Part shown: positions 8,999-17,412 of the stretch, one piece after another | Numbering within the stretch: position 1 is the first letter of the stretch | How the letters are laid out: every line of letters begins with the position of its first letter | Source: an uncultured virus (IMG/VR IMGVR_UViG_2706795104_000001) | Lineage: Duplodnaviria > Heunggongvirae > Uroviricota > Caudoviricetes > Herelleviridae | DNA length: 64,000 bases | Direction: 5' to 3' (one strand) | IMG/VR virus record: IMGVR_UViG_2706795104_000001 | Span: 1-64,000 of that record | Made by a program: the position numbers and the translations under genes | The notes under the pieces: model-generated | Database searches by the model: none | What the model saw: only the letters and a program-made list of their open reading frames with translations | Told to the model about the DNA's origin: nothing

Positions 8999-9020
8999 TG
9001 TCAAGTAAATTTACTTTACA
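8999..9020. repeat. 22-bp palindromic operator-like element, copy 3
   Basis: TGTCAAGTAAATTTACTTTACA, identical to copy 1. Confidence 0.75.
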
Positions 9021-9036
9021 CCTCCAAGCTGCAACT

Positions 9037-9082
9037 TTCGACAATTCGACCTATTCATACTATTCTGAATTGTCTGACTATT
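9037..9082. promoter_or_regulatory. tandem Spo0A-box-like sites plus CodY-box-like sites
   Basis: TTCGACA-A-TTCGACC, then ACTATTCTGAATTGT/AATTGTCTGACTATT. Confidence 0.4.
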
Positions 9083-9219
9083 ACCCCACCCCGTGTTGAT
9101 CCGACCATACGTTCGTATATGCGGCCCAGGGAACCTAACCCCAGGCTCGAATTTTTCCAAAAAAATTTTTTATGCCCTATATTTGATGTATCTTAAACGT
9201 GTATTGAAGGGATCAGTCT

Positions 9220-9310
9220 GCCCCTATTAAAGCCCTTAATTATAGCCCCTGTTTAAGCCCCCTAGAAGCCCCCGTAACAAGCCCCATAGTAAGGTAGTGT
9301 AATTGCCCTA
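9220..9310. repeat. periodic (A)GCCC array
   Basis: GCCC at 9220, 9232, 9245, 9257, 9268, 9281, 9305. Confidence 0.6.
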
Positions 9311-9442
9311 GTAAGACCTACCACGTGCTTATATGGAATCCTAAGCAGCCCAGCAGACCCGATAAGTAAGTTCCCGAAAAATCCGAAAAAAATTTTTCTT
9401 TCGAGGGTAGTACTAGCTTCCATAATTTTCCAGTTAAGCAGC

Positions 9443-9472
9443 AAAAGAAAAGACTCTAATTAAAGAGTCTCT
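9443..9472 (-). terminator. intrinsic terminator of the leftward operon
   Basis: AGACTCT-AATTAA-AGAGTCT hairpin preceded by an A-tract. Confidence 0.6.
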
Positions 9473-9698
9473 TGAATGCCGATACGATCCTGTTCTTACG
9501 TGCCGATATTTCATATTGCTTTCTCATACTGATCTCCATTGCCCGTATCTCTCTCCACGTACTGCCTGAAGGGTGGAAGCTTTGATACATGTTACTGCAC
9601 CTCCACTCCTCTCCTAAAGGTATATAAAACGGCACACCGTACTTGTCTAGTCTAGCGGCCCTAATCTTTTCATCTATATCCGTAGAGGACTCGTCCAC
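9456..9698 (-). CDS. hypothetical protein
   Basis: 80 aa, GGGGAGG RBS. Confidence 0.7.
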   Translation of the reverse strand: MDESSTDIDEKIRAARLDKYGVPFYIPLGEEWRCSNMYQSFHPSGSTWREIRAMEISMRKQYEISARKNRIVSAFKRLFN

Positions 9699-10627
9699 TA
9701 TTCTTCCTCCCCTTGTTGGAACATTTTAGTAATAACGTTAAGAACTTGGTGTCTTGTATTGAACTGGTGACAGAACGTTGTTAACTTCCCTTTACGCTCT
9801 AACTCTGTAAAGGCTTTTAGGATCGTAGAGAATCGGTTGTACTGGTTCGGTTCTACATACCATACCTTTTCTGACTTCACTGCTAGTTTGTTAAACTGGT
9901 TCATAAGACGTGTGTTATCCGATGTTAGGTTATCCCCGTCTGATAGGAACAGTACATGGATGTCGTCATCACCTGTGTAGTTGTACTCTTCTGCGATTAA
10001 GTTTAATAGTTTACCAGCCGAAGAAGCAATCGTTCCACCTGACTCTCCACCTTTGAAGAATATGTCCTCTTCTACCTCTTTAGCTTCTGTATGGAAGTTT
10101 ACGTAGCGTACGATAGGTAAATAGTTGTATTTACGTGCTAACATCTCTCTAGTCCATGTCGTGATGCAACGTGCCATATACTTCTCCCAAATTCCCATTG
10201 ATCCTGAGCAATCTTTTGCGACAAGTAAGACTGGTCGTTTATCTTTATGAATGGAACCTCTTGTACGGTCTAATCCGATGTGCTCATATAACTTATCTGA
10301 AGTCTCACCGAAGTATAGGTATTGGTCGTTTTCGTCTATTCTCCCATCTACGAATAACTCTTCGTCCGTAACTGCTTCTTTTAAGGTCTTCTTAGGTTCT
10401 AGTGGTACGGTTACTGGTTCCACTGCCATTGCTTTTTCTCGTGACTCTAGGATGCGTACACGTTCTTTTAGGTTATGATTATCTGACTTTAGTTGGTCAT
10501 TCTCCGTACGTAGCTTATCATTAAACTGCATAACGTTATCTAGGTAGTCGTAAATCTCTCTCTTCGCTTTCGTGTTTGCTTGGTTCATAATTTGCATTAC
10601 GTTATCTCTCATGTTAATTGTACTCAT
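9698..10627 (-). CDS. vWA-domain protein resembling the C-terminus of sporulation protein YhbH/YeaH (DUF444), with an N-terminal coiled coil
   Basis: DCSGSMG MIDAS, HTEAKEVEEDIFF.GESGGT and SDGDN motifs. Confidence 0.75.
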   Translation of the reverse strand: MSTINMRDNVMQIMNQANTKAKREIYDYLDNVMQFNDKLRTENDQLKSDNHNLKERVRILESREKAMAVEPVTVPLEPKKTLKEAVTDEELFVDGRIDENDQYLYFGETSDKLYEHIGLDRTRGSIHKDKRPVLLVAKDCSGSMGIWEKYMARCITTWTREMLARKYNYLPIVRYVNFHTEAKEVEEDIFFKGGESGGTIASSAGKLLNLIAEEYNYTGDDDIHVLFLSDGDNLTSDNTRLMNQFNKLAVKSEKVWYVEPNQYNRFSTILKAFTELERKGKLTTFCHQFNTRHQVLNVITKMFQQGEEE

Positions 10628-10639
10628 ATTGGTTCCCCC

Positions 10640-11002
10640 TTAGTTATTCTCTAAGAATTTTTTAAACTGTCTTCGGTATGTAGAACTCTCTGATATGAAC
10701 TCTGCTAGGATCATATACGCTTTATACTGTCCTGCTTCTGTCCAATCCTCTTCACTTACGACCGCATACGGTACTGGTTCTCCGTAGTTTCCACAGTCGT
10801 GAACGTAGTTGGTTGCGTACATGGAATCTGTGTCTTCACAATCTTCCCATAGGTTCATTTGTTCAATCGTGATATAACCTTTACCTCTGCACCACATCAT
10901 GAAGCTACCTGGTTTTAAATAGGTGTCGAAGTAGTCTAAGAAGTCTTCTCCTGCTTCCATTTGCCATGCTACAATCTTGTCGTAGATTTCTTGTTTATCC
11001 AT
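10640..11002 (-). CDS. hypothetical protein
   Basis: Probable start MDKQEI at 11002 after GTGAGG. Confidence 0.75.
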   Translation of the reverse strand: MDKQEIYDKIVAWQMEAGEDFLDYFDTYLKPGSFMMWCRGKGYITIEQMNLWEDCEDTDSMYATNYVHDCGNYGEPVPYAVVSEEDWTEAGQYKAYMILAEFISESSTYRRQFKKFLENN

Positions 11003-11003
11003 G

Positions 11004-11219
11004 TTAGTTATCCTCACTTTCTTGGAATAGTACAATATCCGAGTACCTAACAAACTTTCTACCGATCCAAAGGAAGTCACCCGTTCGGATGAGTTCCCCG
11101 TTATCGTCTTTACCGTGATTCTTTGCGTCCATTAGAGCTTTAGCAAAGTCATCTATATAGTTGTATCTTGATTCATGTATGAATTTCGTACGGTTCATTA
11201 AGTAGATATCAACTTTCAT
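11004..11219 (-). CDS. hypothetical protein
   Basis: 71 aa, AAGGAGG RBS. Confidence 0.75.
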   Translation of the reverse strand: MKVDIYLMNRTKFIHESRYNYIDDFAKALMDAKNHGKDDNGELIRTGDFLWIGRKFVRYSDIVLFQESEDN

Positions 11220-11230
11220 AGTGTTCCTCC

Positions 11231-12418
11231 TTAATTAGCTTTGAAGTTGTAAAGTGGTTTAATCGTATGTACGATGTCCATTGTGTCTTTCGTGTTGTTC
11301 ACAATCTCTTCCATTGGTTTGTAAGCCATTGGTGCTTCGTCTATCGTGCTAGTACCTACGGAAGTTGTCCATACATCTTTCATCGTTTTCTCGAAGTCTT
11401 CTAATTTTATATTCTCTTTGGCTTTTGTACGGCTCATAAGTCGTCCTGCTCCGTGTGGTGCTGAGAAGTTCCAGTCTGCATTACCTTTACCTTCTGCGAT
11501 AAGAGAACCATCACGCATGTTGATTGGTACGATAATACGTTCACCTTTCTGTGCAGATACTGCCCCTTTGCGAAGAACCATGTGCTCCATGTCAATGTAG
11601 TTATGGATCGTTGTGAATTGGTCAGTGATTAACCAACCCATATGAGATACGATTTCATCTACCATCGCTCTACGGTTTTGGGCTGCATAGAACTGAGCAA
11701 TCTTCATATCGTGCATGTAGTTTTTGAAAGCTTGTCCTTCTACGAATGCTAGTTCTTTCTTGATTTTAGGTTTCTTGATACCACGTAGGGCCGCATGAAT
11801 CTCTTGTTGTCGTCCTTCACGTTTCAGTTGCTCAACTAGTTCTTGCTTCGCATCACGTACGCTCATAAGCTCATTGTACGCTACACGTTGGTAATGCTCT
11901 GCTACTTGTTTTCCTAAGTTACGAGAACCTGAGTGGATTACGATGTATACTTTACCATCTGTATCTTCATTTAATTCGATGAAATGATTTCCCCCACCAA
12001 GAGTACCGATGCTTTTCTCTGCACGATCCGTGTTGAATGGTGCAATTACATCTTTTAAGTTTACTAGATTAGAGAATCGGTGTGCTTTATCACGGATGTC
12101 GTAACCGCTTGGTACGAACTTACGGATTACATCATCCAGTTTATCGAAGTTGATTTCATCTTTATGTTTGTTAATTACTGCAACCTCCATACCGCATCCG
12201 ATGTCAACACCTACTAAATTTGGTACTATTTTGTCTGTAATTGTCATTGTAGTTCCGATTACACAACCTGCACCAGCATGTGTATCAGGCATGATACGGA
12301 TGTTGCTTCCTTGTGTGAACTCTTGGTTACACAGTTCTATAACTTGTCCAATTGTAACATCGTCCACGTTATCTGTAAATACCTTTGCTTGGTTATATTT
12401 TCCTTGTAGTTCTATCAT
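11231..12418 (-). CDS. rtcB: RtcB-family RNA ligase
   Basis: MPDTHAG, VGVDIGCGM, GTLGGGNHFIE, HSGSR, HNY, RKGA, HGAGR, DEAPMAYK motifs. Confidence 0.95.
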   Translation of the reverse strand: MIELQGKYNQAKVFTDNVDDVTIGQVIELCNQEFTQGSNIRIMPDTHAGAGCVIGTTMTITDKIVPNLVGVDIGCGMEVAVINKHKDEINFDKLDDVIRKFVPSGYDIRDKAHRFSNLVNLKDVIAPFNTDRAEKSIGTLGGGNHFIELNEDTDGKVYIVIHSGSRNLGKQVAEHYQRVAYNELMSVRDAKQELVEQLKREGRQQEIHAALRGIKKPKIKKELAFVEGQAFKNYMHDMKIAQFYAAQNRRAMVDEIVSHMGWLITDQFTTIHNYIDMEHMVLRKGAVSAQKGERIIVPINMRDGSLIAEGKGNADWNFSAPHGAGRLMSRTKAKENIKLEDFEKTMKDVWTTSVGTSTIDEAPMAYKPMEEIVNNTKDTMDIVHTIKPLYNFKAN

Positions 12419-12434
12419 CTTAATTTCCTCCTTA

Positions 12435-12623
12435 TTACCTATTTCCTAAGTTTCTTATTGGTTTGTCTTGCTTTTGTTTTGATAATCTGTTTACTGCGTC
12501 AATGATTTCGTTAATCTTTTTAACTAACTCTTCTTCTTTAGGGTACAATGTTAAATCTACTTTATTGGGTGTACCTTCACCTACTACAACCCTTGTAACG
12601 GTTAACTTCTGGATGTCTTTCAT
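12435..12623 (-). CDS. hypothetical protein
   Basis: 62 aa, AAGGAGG RBS. Confidence 0.7.
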   Translation of the reverse strand: MKDIQKLTVTRVVVGEGTPNKVDLTLYPKEEELVKKINEIIDAVNRLSKQKQDKPIRNLGNR

Positions 12624-12625
12624 TA

Positions 12626-12757
12626 TTAATCCTCCTTAGATGATGCTAAACATATTAGTATACCTAGTGTCCAGTAGTTACGAGTTAAGTAGAATACAAA
12701 CGCAGTTAGTGCAATGATACCTACATTATGTAGTAGAATCGTTACCCATTTGTTCAT
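12626..12757 (-). CDS. small membrane protein
   Basis: Hand-translated 43 aa (MNKWVTILL...), AGGAGG RBS. Confidence 0.65.
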   Translation of the reverse strand: MNKWVTILLHNVGIIALTAFVFYLTRNYWTLGILICLASSKED

Positions 12758-12768
12758 GTTTATCCCTC

Positions 12769-12972
12769 CTAAAAGTTCCAAAAGAAGTCGGCTTTACCGC
12801 ACTCTCGGCAGAACTTGATAATTACACCTGACTTTACTTTATGGGTACAAATATCCTGAATCCTGCGGTTTGTTAGTTGTAACTTTGTAATCGCAATCTC
12901 TAACTCCGTTTGTTTTATTGCTTTCACCATCGCCAACTGATCTCGTTCTTCTCTTAGTTCATCTATTGTCAT
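12769..12972 (-). CDS. hypothetical protein
   Basis: 67 aa, CxH...CxxC. Confidence 0.7.
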   Translation of the reverse strand: MTIDELREERDQLAMVKAIKQTELEIAITKLQLTNRRIQDICTHKVKSGVIIKFCRECGKADFFWNF

Positions 12973-12981
12973 AATCTCACC

Positions 12982-13494
12982 TCATTTCATATTAGCGAAC
13001 GATTCTTCTAGTGCTTGTAGCTCGATACGCTTCTTCTCTATTTGGGATTGTAGTTGTATCTTTTCTCGTTCGTTATCGGCAATCGGATTGTCGTACTCGA
13101 ACTTACCTGTTCTACGCCAATGTTGGTACACTATCTTTTGGTGTGCAGTAGATATCTTGAACTGATTATTCATAAGGTACCTATTTGTTGCCACCATTAA
13201 TGACGTTACCTTGAATGGGTGAACATCTACCTTTTTAATTGTCATATACTCTGATCCAACTACACGGTGCCCGTAGTGAGCTTCAGGGTCTTCAAACAAA
13301 ATAGATTCTTTACCGCAACTATAACCTACAACCGTACCTAGTTTGGAACCCTTACTCGTATTACATTCCACAACGGTTCCAATACTCAGTGCCTTATCTA
13401 GTGGTGTATTGTACGATAGGGCACGTTTTAAGTACTTCGTAGCGAACTCTAGATGAGCCATATCTAAGTATTCCAATTCTTCAAAATGTTTCAT
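12982..13494 (-). CDS. hypothetical protein
   Basis: 170-aa ORF within the operon. Confidence 0.8.
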   Translation of the reverse strand: MKHFEELEYLDMAHLEFATKYLKRALSYNTPLDKALSIGTVVECNTSKGSKLGTVVGYSCGKESILFEDPEAHYGHRVVGSEYMTIKKVDVHPFKVTSLMVATNRYLMNNQFKISTAHQKIVYQHWRRTGKFEYDNPIADNEREKIQLQSQIEKKRIELQALEESFANMK

Positions 13495-13495
13495 A

Positions 13496-13798
13496 TCAGT
13501 CCATCTCCGCTCCGCACTTTTGACATGCTTTTAACTCCGTAGAGCAATCAGGACAGTATTTAGGTGTACGTGAATTGTGGTGCATACACCCTTTCTTACA
13601 ATGCTTACACTCATATTCAGTAAACGCTTGCATTGCTAAACCGTTTCGTAAGTAGAAACAGGTCTTACACTCTTGACTACGGACACGACCTTCTTTATAC
13701 GGATCGTTCTCGTAGTTATCTAACTCGTTCTTTCGGTTCTTGTAATACTGGTTAGCCCAATGTGTATCCATCTTAATCGTTTCTTTAATGTCCTTCAT
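13496..13798 (-). CDS. multi-CxxC Zn-finger protein
   Basis: Four CxxC pairs. Confidence 0.8.
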   Translation of the reverse strand: MKDIKETIKMDTHWANQYYKNRKNELDNYENDPYKEGRVRSQECKTCFYLRNGLAMQAFTEYECKHCKKGCMHHNSRTPKYCPDCSTELKACQKCGAEMD

Positions 13799-13800
13799 AC

Positions 13801-14061
13801 TTATTCCCCCTCTACATCTTTACGTGTAACTTCCCAAGACTCACGATCCTCTAAGCAATCACCATAACCAACTTCGTCTCCTGGTTCGTAATAATCATTC
13901 ATATACTGGATACACGTATCACAGTAATAAGTAGAGGTTACAGTACCCTCACCTGCGGCCTTAACGCATTGTAGGGTACTTCCTTTCTTAAAACCTCGTG
14001 TACATCCCCAACATTTACGATCCTTACGAATCTTAACAGGCTTGTCCATTAGGATGTCCAT
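13801..14061 (-). CDS. Zn-finger hypothetical protein
   Basis: RKDRKCWGC...YCDTC. Confidence 0.75.
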   Translation of the reverse strand: MDILMDKPVKIRKDRKCWGCTRGFKKGSTLQCVKAAGEGTVTSTYYCDTCIQYMNDYYEPGDEVGYGDCLEDRESWEVTRKDVEGE

Positions 14062-14062
14062 G

Positions 14063-14647
14063 TTACTTATCCTCGGATTGTGCCGAAGCTGCTTCTTTAA
14101 ATGCTTCCTCTAGAGCCGTTAATCTTCGTGGATGATACGCTCGTTTCTTATGTACTTCTAGTTGTTGCTCCACTTGTTTTAAACAATTCTGTAAATCCTT
14201 GGCTAATTTCGGGTTACTTGCGACTAGCATTTTAATAGGTGTGGCTATCTCGGTGAAGTTCTTCGCTTGTCGTCTCTGTCTTTGTAAGGTGATAAGGTCT
14301 TCCGTGTACTTAACCTTGTCATCGACCGATTCATCGAATAGCTCTAATGCGTGTAATAAGTCTAACTGCATTTCGTTCATGCGTTTAACGTCTTCGGCTG
14401 CTAGATTGTATGTTTTAGCGTGCGTTACAAACACGTTGATAGCGCTTTGGATATCAGATACTAGAGTTGTAGTGTCGTAAGCAGAAGGTGTTAGACCTAA
14501 TTCCTCTGCTCGTGCTTTCTCTTTATCTTCCTCGGCCGCTACACGTAACATGTCATACGCTTCTTGGATGTCTGCTTTAACCTTTACTGTCATCTTTCCT
14601 GCTTCTAATACACCTTCGATTAGTTCTGTAGCTCTTACTAAGCTCAT
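14063..14647 (-). CDS. helical hypothetical protein
   Basis: 194 aa; DLLHALE...RRQAKN...YHPR phage-type motif. Confidence 0.8.
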   Translation of the reverse strand: MSLVRATELIEGVLEAGKMTVKVKADIQEAYDMLRVAAEEDKEKARAEELGLTPSAYDTTTLVSDIQSAINVFVTHAKTYNLAAEDVKRMNEMQLDLLHALELFDESVDDKVKYTEDLITLQRQRRQAKNFTEIATPIKMLVASNPKLAKDLQNCLKQVEQQLEVHKKRAYHPRRLTALEEAFKEAASAQSEDK

Positions 14648-14669
14648 AATTATACCTCTTTTCGTATTT

Positions 14670-14930
14670 TTATTTAATTTCTTCCCAGTCAGTAGCTTCT
14701 TTATCCATGCAATCAGGTCTGTAACCTAACTCCAACGTATTAATTGCAGTCCTCATAACTACTGTACCTTGGAATGTTGGCTCCCCTTGATATTCCCCAT
14801 AGCCGTACTTTAAACCTGCGGATATCTCGTGACCTGGTATATAATACAAGAATACGTTTTTATCCCAATAAGGTCTGCGAAACTTCTTTCCTTCCTTCAA
14901 CTTAGGTAAAACGTCTTTATAATAGTCCAT
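14670..14930 (-). CDS. tad2: DUF2829 / Thoeris anti-defence Tad2-like protein
   Basis: LKEGKKFRRPYW N-terminal motif and P...D.EATDWEEI C-terminal motif. Confidence 0.7.
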   Translation of the reverse strand: MDYYKDVLPKLKEGKKFRRPYWDKNVFLYYIPGHEISAGLKYGYGEYQGEPTFQGTVVMRTAINTLELGYRPDCMDKEATDWEEIK

Positions 14931-14931
14931 A

Positions 14932-15180
14932 CTAATTATCTTCCTTCATCCATTTAATGAACTCTGTAGGGTTTGATTTAAACATAACTTTGAAATTTTC
15001 TTCTTCTACGATACCACCCATATTAAACCCTGTAAGGAATGCGCTTTCTAACATCTCTTTCACATCTATCGGTAGAGGTGCTTCTTCTAACTTAATTTCC
15101 TTCTTCCAAATGTTTAAAGCTGCTTGCTCTTGCTGATCCATCATCGCTTCTATCTTTTCTTGCATCTCTTTCTCGTTCAT
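14932..15180 (-). CDS. hypothetical protein
   Basis: 82 aa, AGGAG RBS. Confidence 0.75.
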   Translation of the reverse strand: MNEKEMQEKIEAMMDQQEQAALNIWKKEIKLEEAPLPIDVKEMLESAFLTGFNMGGIVEEENFKVMFKSNPTEFIKWMKEDN

Positions 15181-15443
15181 CGCTTCTTCACTCCTGTCAT
15201 TATTTCTAGTTTTGTATCCTTAATCAGGATCATTAACTCTTTCACACTAGTTACCTCACTATCTCGTAACTTCTTGTCCAGCAAACCTACGCAAGCTTTC
15301 TCTACGTTCGGGTAATAACCAATCTCTTTGTATCCAAACTGAGGTGGTGTTCCCTCTTTTACTTTCTTTTGGTACTTTTGATTGATAATCACGTTATTCG
15401 TATCGGACGTAAGCTTGTACTCTTCACCAATAAATATTTCCAT
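15177..15443 (-). CDS. DUF5405-like phage protein
   Basis: YKLTSD..NVII...IGYYP pattern. Confidence 0.65.
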   Translation of the reverse strand: MEIFIGEEYKLTSDTNNVIINQKYQKKVKEGTPPQFGYKEIGYYPNVEKACVGLLDKKLRDSEVTSVKELMILIKDTKLEIMTGVKKR

Positions 15444-15454
15444 TGTTATTCCCC

Positions 15455-15658
15455 CTATCTAATATATTTAGGTCTTTGTGTAACAATGATGGTCTCTGTG
15501 TTAACGTGTCCTAGTTGCTTGAACCATCCGTTATCGAACCAATGGTCTTCATACCGTTTTATCTCTACCTGTTCTTTCCACTGTTGCGCTACACCGTTGT
15601 AAACCTCGTCACATACTTGAACCTTCTTTACGTAACCCATTTGCGTAGGTTCTAACAT
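15455..15658 (-). CDS. hypothetical protein
   Basis: 67 aa, AAGGAGG RBS. Confidence 0.7.
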   Translation of the reverse strand: MLEPTQMGYVKKVQVCDEVYNGVAQQWKEQVEIKRYEDHWFDNGWFKQLGHVNTETIIVTQRPKYIR

Positions 15659-15900
15659 TATTCACCCTCCTTTTTAAGATGAGCTTCATAGTCTTCTTTT
15701 GTCGCATCTGTAGAGTTAACTCGTAAATCATCATCCCATTCAAACTCTTCTGAAGACTTTACAGACTCTACGTGAGTCATTACGTCCATTCGTACAGATA
15801 CCTGATGTTCAATCTCATCTAGCATAGCTTCGTCACTAGCAAAGTCATACTCACCATTAGCGTCTACTATGTACATTTCTACTTTGTATACTTTTGCCAT
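15658..15900 (-). CDS. hypothetical protein
   Basis: 80 aa, AAGGAGG RBS. Confidence 0.75.
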   Translation of the reverse strand: MAKVYKVEMYIVDANGEYDFASDEAMLDEIEHQVSVRMDVMTHVESVKSSEEFEWDDDLRVNSTDATKEDYEAHLKKEGE

Positions 15901-16409
15901 TATTGACCCTCCTTGCTTAATTTTTTACGGTACACCTTGAACTCGTACTTAAATCCTACGTCCTCTGTACCTTCTTCTCCGAAGCACTCTCGGTAGTCCT
16001 CTTTCACAAAACTAGGGAAGAAACTATCTGCTTCAAACTCTTTTTCTAGTTCAGTGAGGTATAATCTATTAGCGAATGGCATAAACTGCTTGTATACGTT
16101 TGCACCACCGATAATCATAACCTCTCTGTACTTTTTCAGTTCACTAAACACTGCGGCCACGCTAGGTAAAACGAGTACAGACTCATGTGGGTTGTAACTT
16201 TCGTCTCGACTCAGTACGATATTGATTCGTCCTGGAAGTGGTTTACCGATGCTCTCATATGTTTTTCTACCCATTACTACAGGTTTGTTATATGTATGCT
16301 TCTTAAACCAATCGAAATCTTCCTTACAACGCCACAGTAACTTATTGTCTAACCCTATCTCGTTGTTCTTACCGATAGCTGCGATTAATGATATCTCCAT
16401 GTTGTTCAC
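15900..16409 (-). CDS. dfrA: dihydrofolate reductase
   Basis: IG.DNKLLW, VVMGRKTYESI.KPLPGR.NIVLSR, IIGGA, DSFFP. Confidence 0.95.
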   Translation of the reverse strand: MNNMEISLIAAIGKNNEIGLDNKLLWRCKEDFDWFKKHTYNKPVVMGRKTYESIGKPLPGRINIVLSRDESYNPHESVLVLPSVAAVFSELKKYREVMIIGGANVYKQFMPFANRLYLTELEKEFEADSFFPSFVKEDYRECFGEEGTEDVGFKYEFKVYRKKLSKEGQ

Positions 16410-16432
16410 CTCCTGTTGTTGTATCTGTACTT

Positions 16433-16462
16433 AGTATATATCCATTGTTGTATTATAGTCAA
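16433..16462 (-). promoter_or_regulatory. sigmaA-type early promoter
   Basis: Reverse strand TTGACT-18-TATACT. Confidence 0.7.
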
Positions 16463-16484
16463 CAACTTTTTTAAAAGTTACAGA

Positions 16485-16519
16485 AAAAAAAAAATAACTA
16501 GGTGTCATAACCTAGTTAT
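16485..16519 (-). terminator. intrinsic terminator
   Basis: ATAACTAGG...CCTAGTTAT hairpin with long A-tract. Confidence 0.7.
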
Positions 16520-16781
16520 CTTCTGCATATTTTAGTTCTGTAGACTGGCTCCACAGACGTTGCCCTTCCTCATTATTGATAAGAACGGGGATCGCTTCCT
16601 CATCTACAGCGTAGAAGTATCGTCCATCCTCTGTTTTAAAGATAAGGGAACCATCGTCTAACTTACCGACAACGGCTCTATCATCTTTACGTAGGGACTT
16701 AATCTTCTTCCACCCATAGAATAGCGCAAACAGTACCCCTGCAAAACCTAGAACGATTATAATGTTATCCCATAGGATCAT
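16512..16781 (-). CDS. membrane-anchored protein
   Basis: N-terminal TM helix. Confidence 0.75.
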   Translation of the reverse strand: MILWDNIIIVLGFAGVLFALFYGWKKIKSLRKDDRAVVGKLDDGSLIFKTEDGRYFYAVDEEAIPVLINNEEGQRLWSQSTELKYAEDN

Positions 16782-17383
16782 TGTCGTACCTTCCTAGCTA
16801 CAGTCTTCATTGCGATTGCACCCATCACCACGTCAACTGCATCGTACAACTGCTCTAACGTACCTTTGTTAACGATAGTATAGTCTGCGTGCATATTTCT
16901 AACATATGTCTCTGTCTCGTGGTTCATCTCTGCGTGCGTGAAGGAGTCACCTGCTTCTACCGCCCGTTGCGTCCTCACCTTCTCAGGTGCGATGATTTTA
17001 ATGATGTGATACCCTTCTTCACGGCAACGCTCTAACTCGTTGTGTTGGCGCAAATCGGTAATAACGGGCATGAATTTTGCTTCCGATCCTGTAATATTAT
17101 AGTTGGTAGCGACCAACCTGACATCTTCTATCTTCTTGAAGCACTTATTAATCCAGTAATCCTCGCCAAACAAGTAACGCATAAGTTGCCCGTATAGCTG
17201 GTACCCTTTACGGGGCTTCGGTGTTCTAGGTATATGATTGTACGTGAAGTGGAAGTCACGCTTTAACTCATCGGCAAATGCAAACTGTACCATACCGTAC
17301 TCCTCATCCAAGTACTCTGCTACCGTAGACTTACCTGAACGGAACTCACCTGCAATTGCAATCTTAATCTCTTGCATAACCAA
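16778..17383 (-). CDS. deoxynucleoside monophosphate kinase
   Basis: GEFRSGKST P-loop, FADELK, ITDLR...NE, HETE. Confidence 0.85.
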   Translation of the reverse strand: MVMQEIKIAIAGEFRSGKSTVAEYLDEEYGMVQFAFADELKRDFHFTYNHIPRTPKPRKGYQLYGQLMRYLFGEDYWINKCFKKIEDVRLVATNYNITGSEAKFMPVITDLRQHNELERCREEGYHIIKIIAPEKVRTQRAVEAGDSFTHAEMNHETETYVRNMHADYTIVNKGTLEQLYDAVDVVMGAIAMKTVARKVRQ

Positions 17384-17412
17384 TCTCCTCCTATGGAGAC
17401 CTCTGTAGACCT

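Noticed and set aside
9262-9444. 60-aa reverse ORF over the GCCC array
   Set aside because: No convincing RBS; lies beyond the operon terminator
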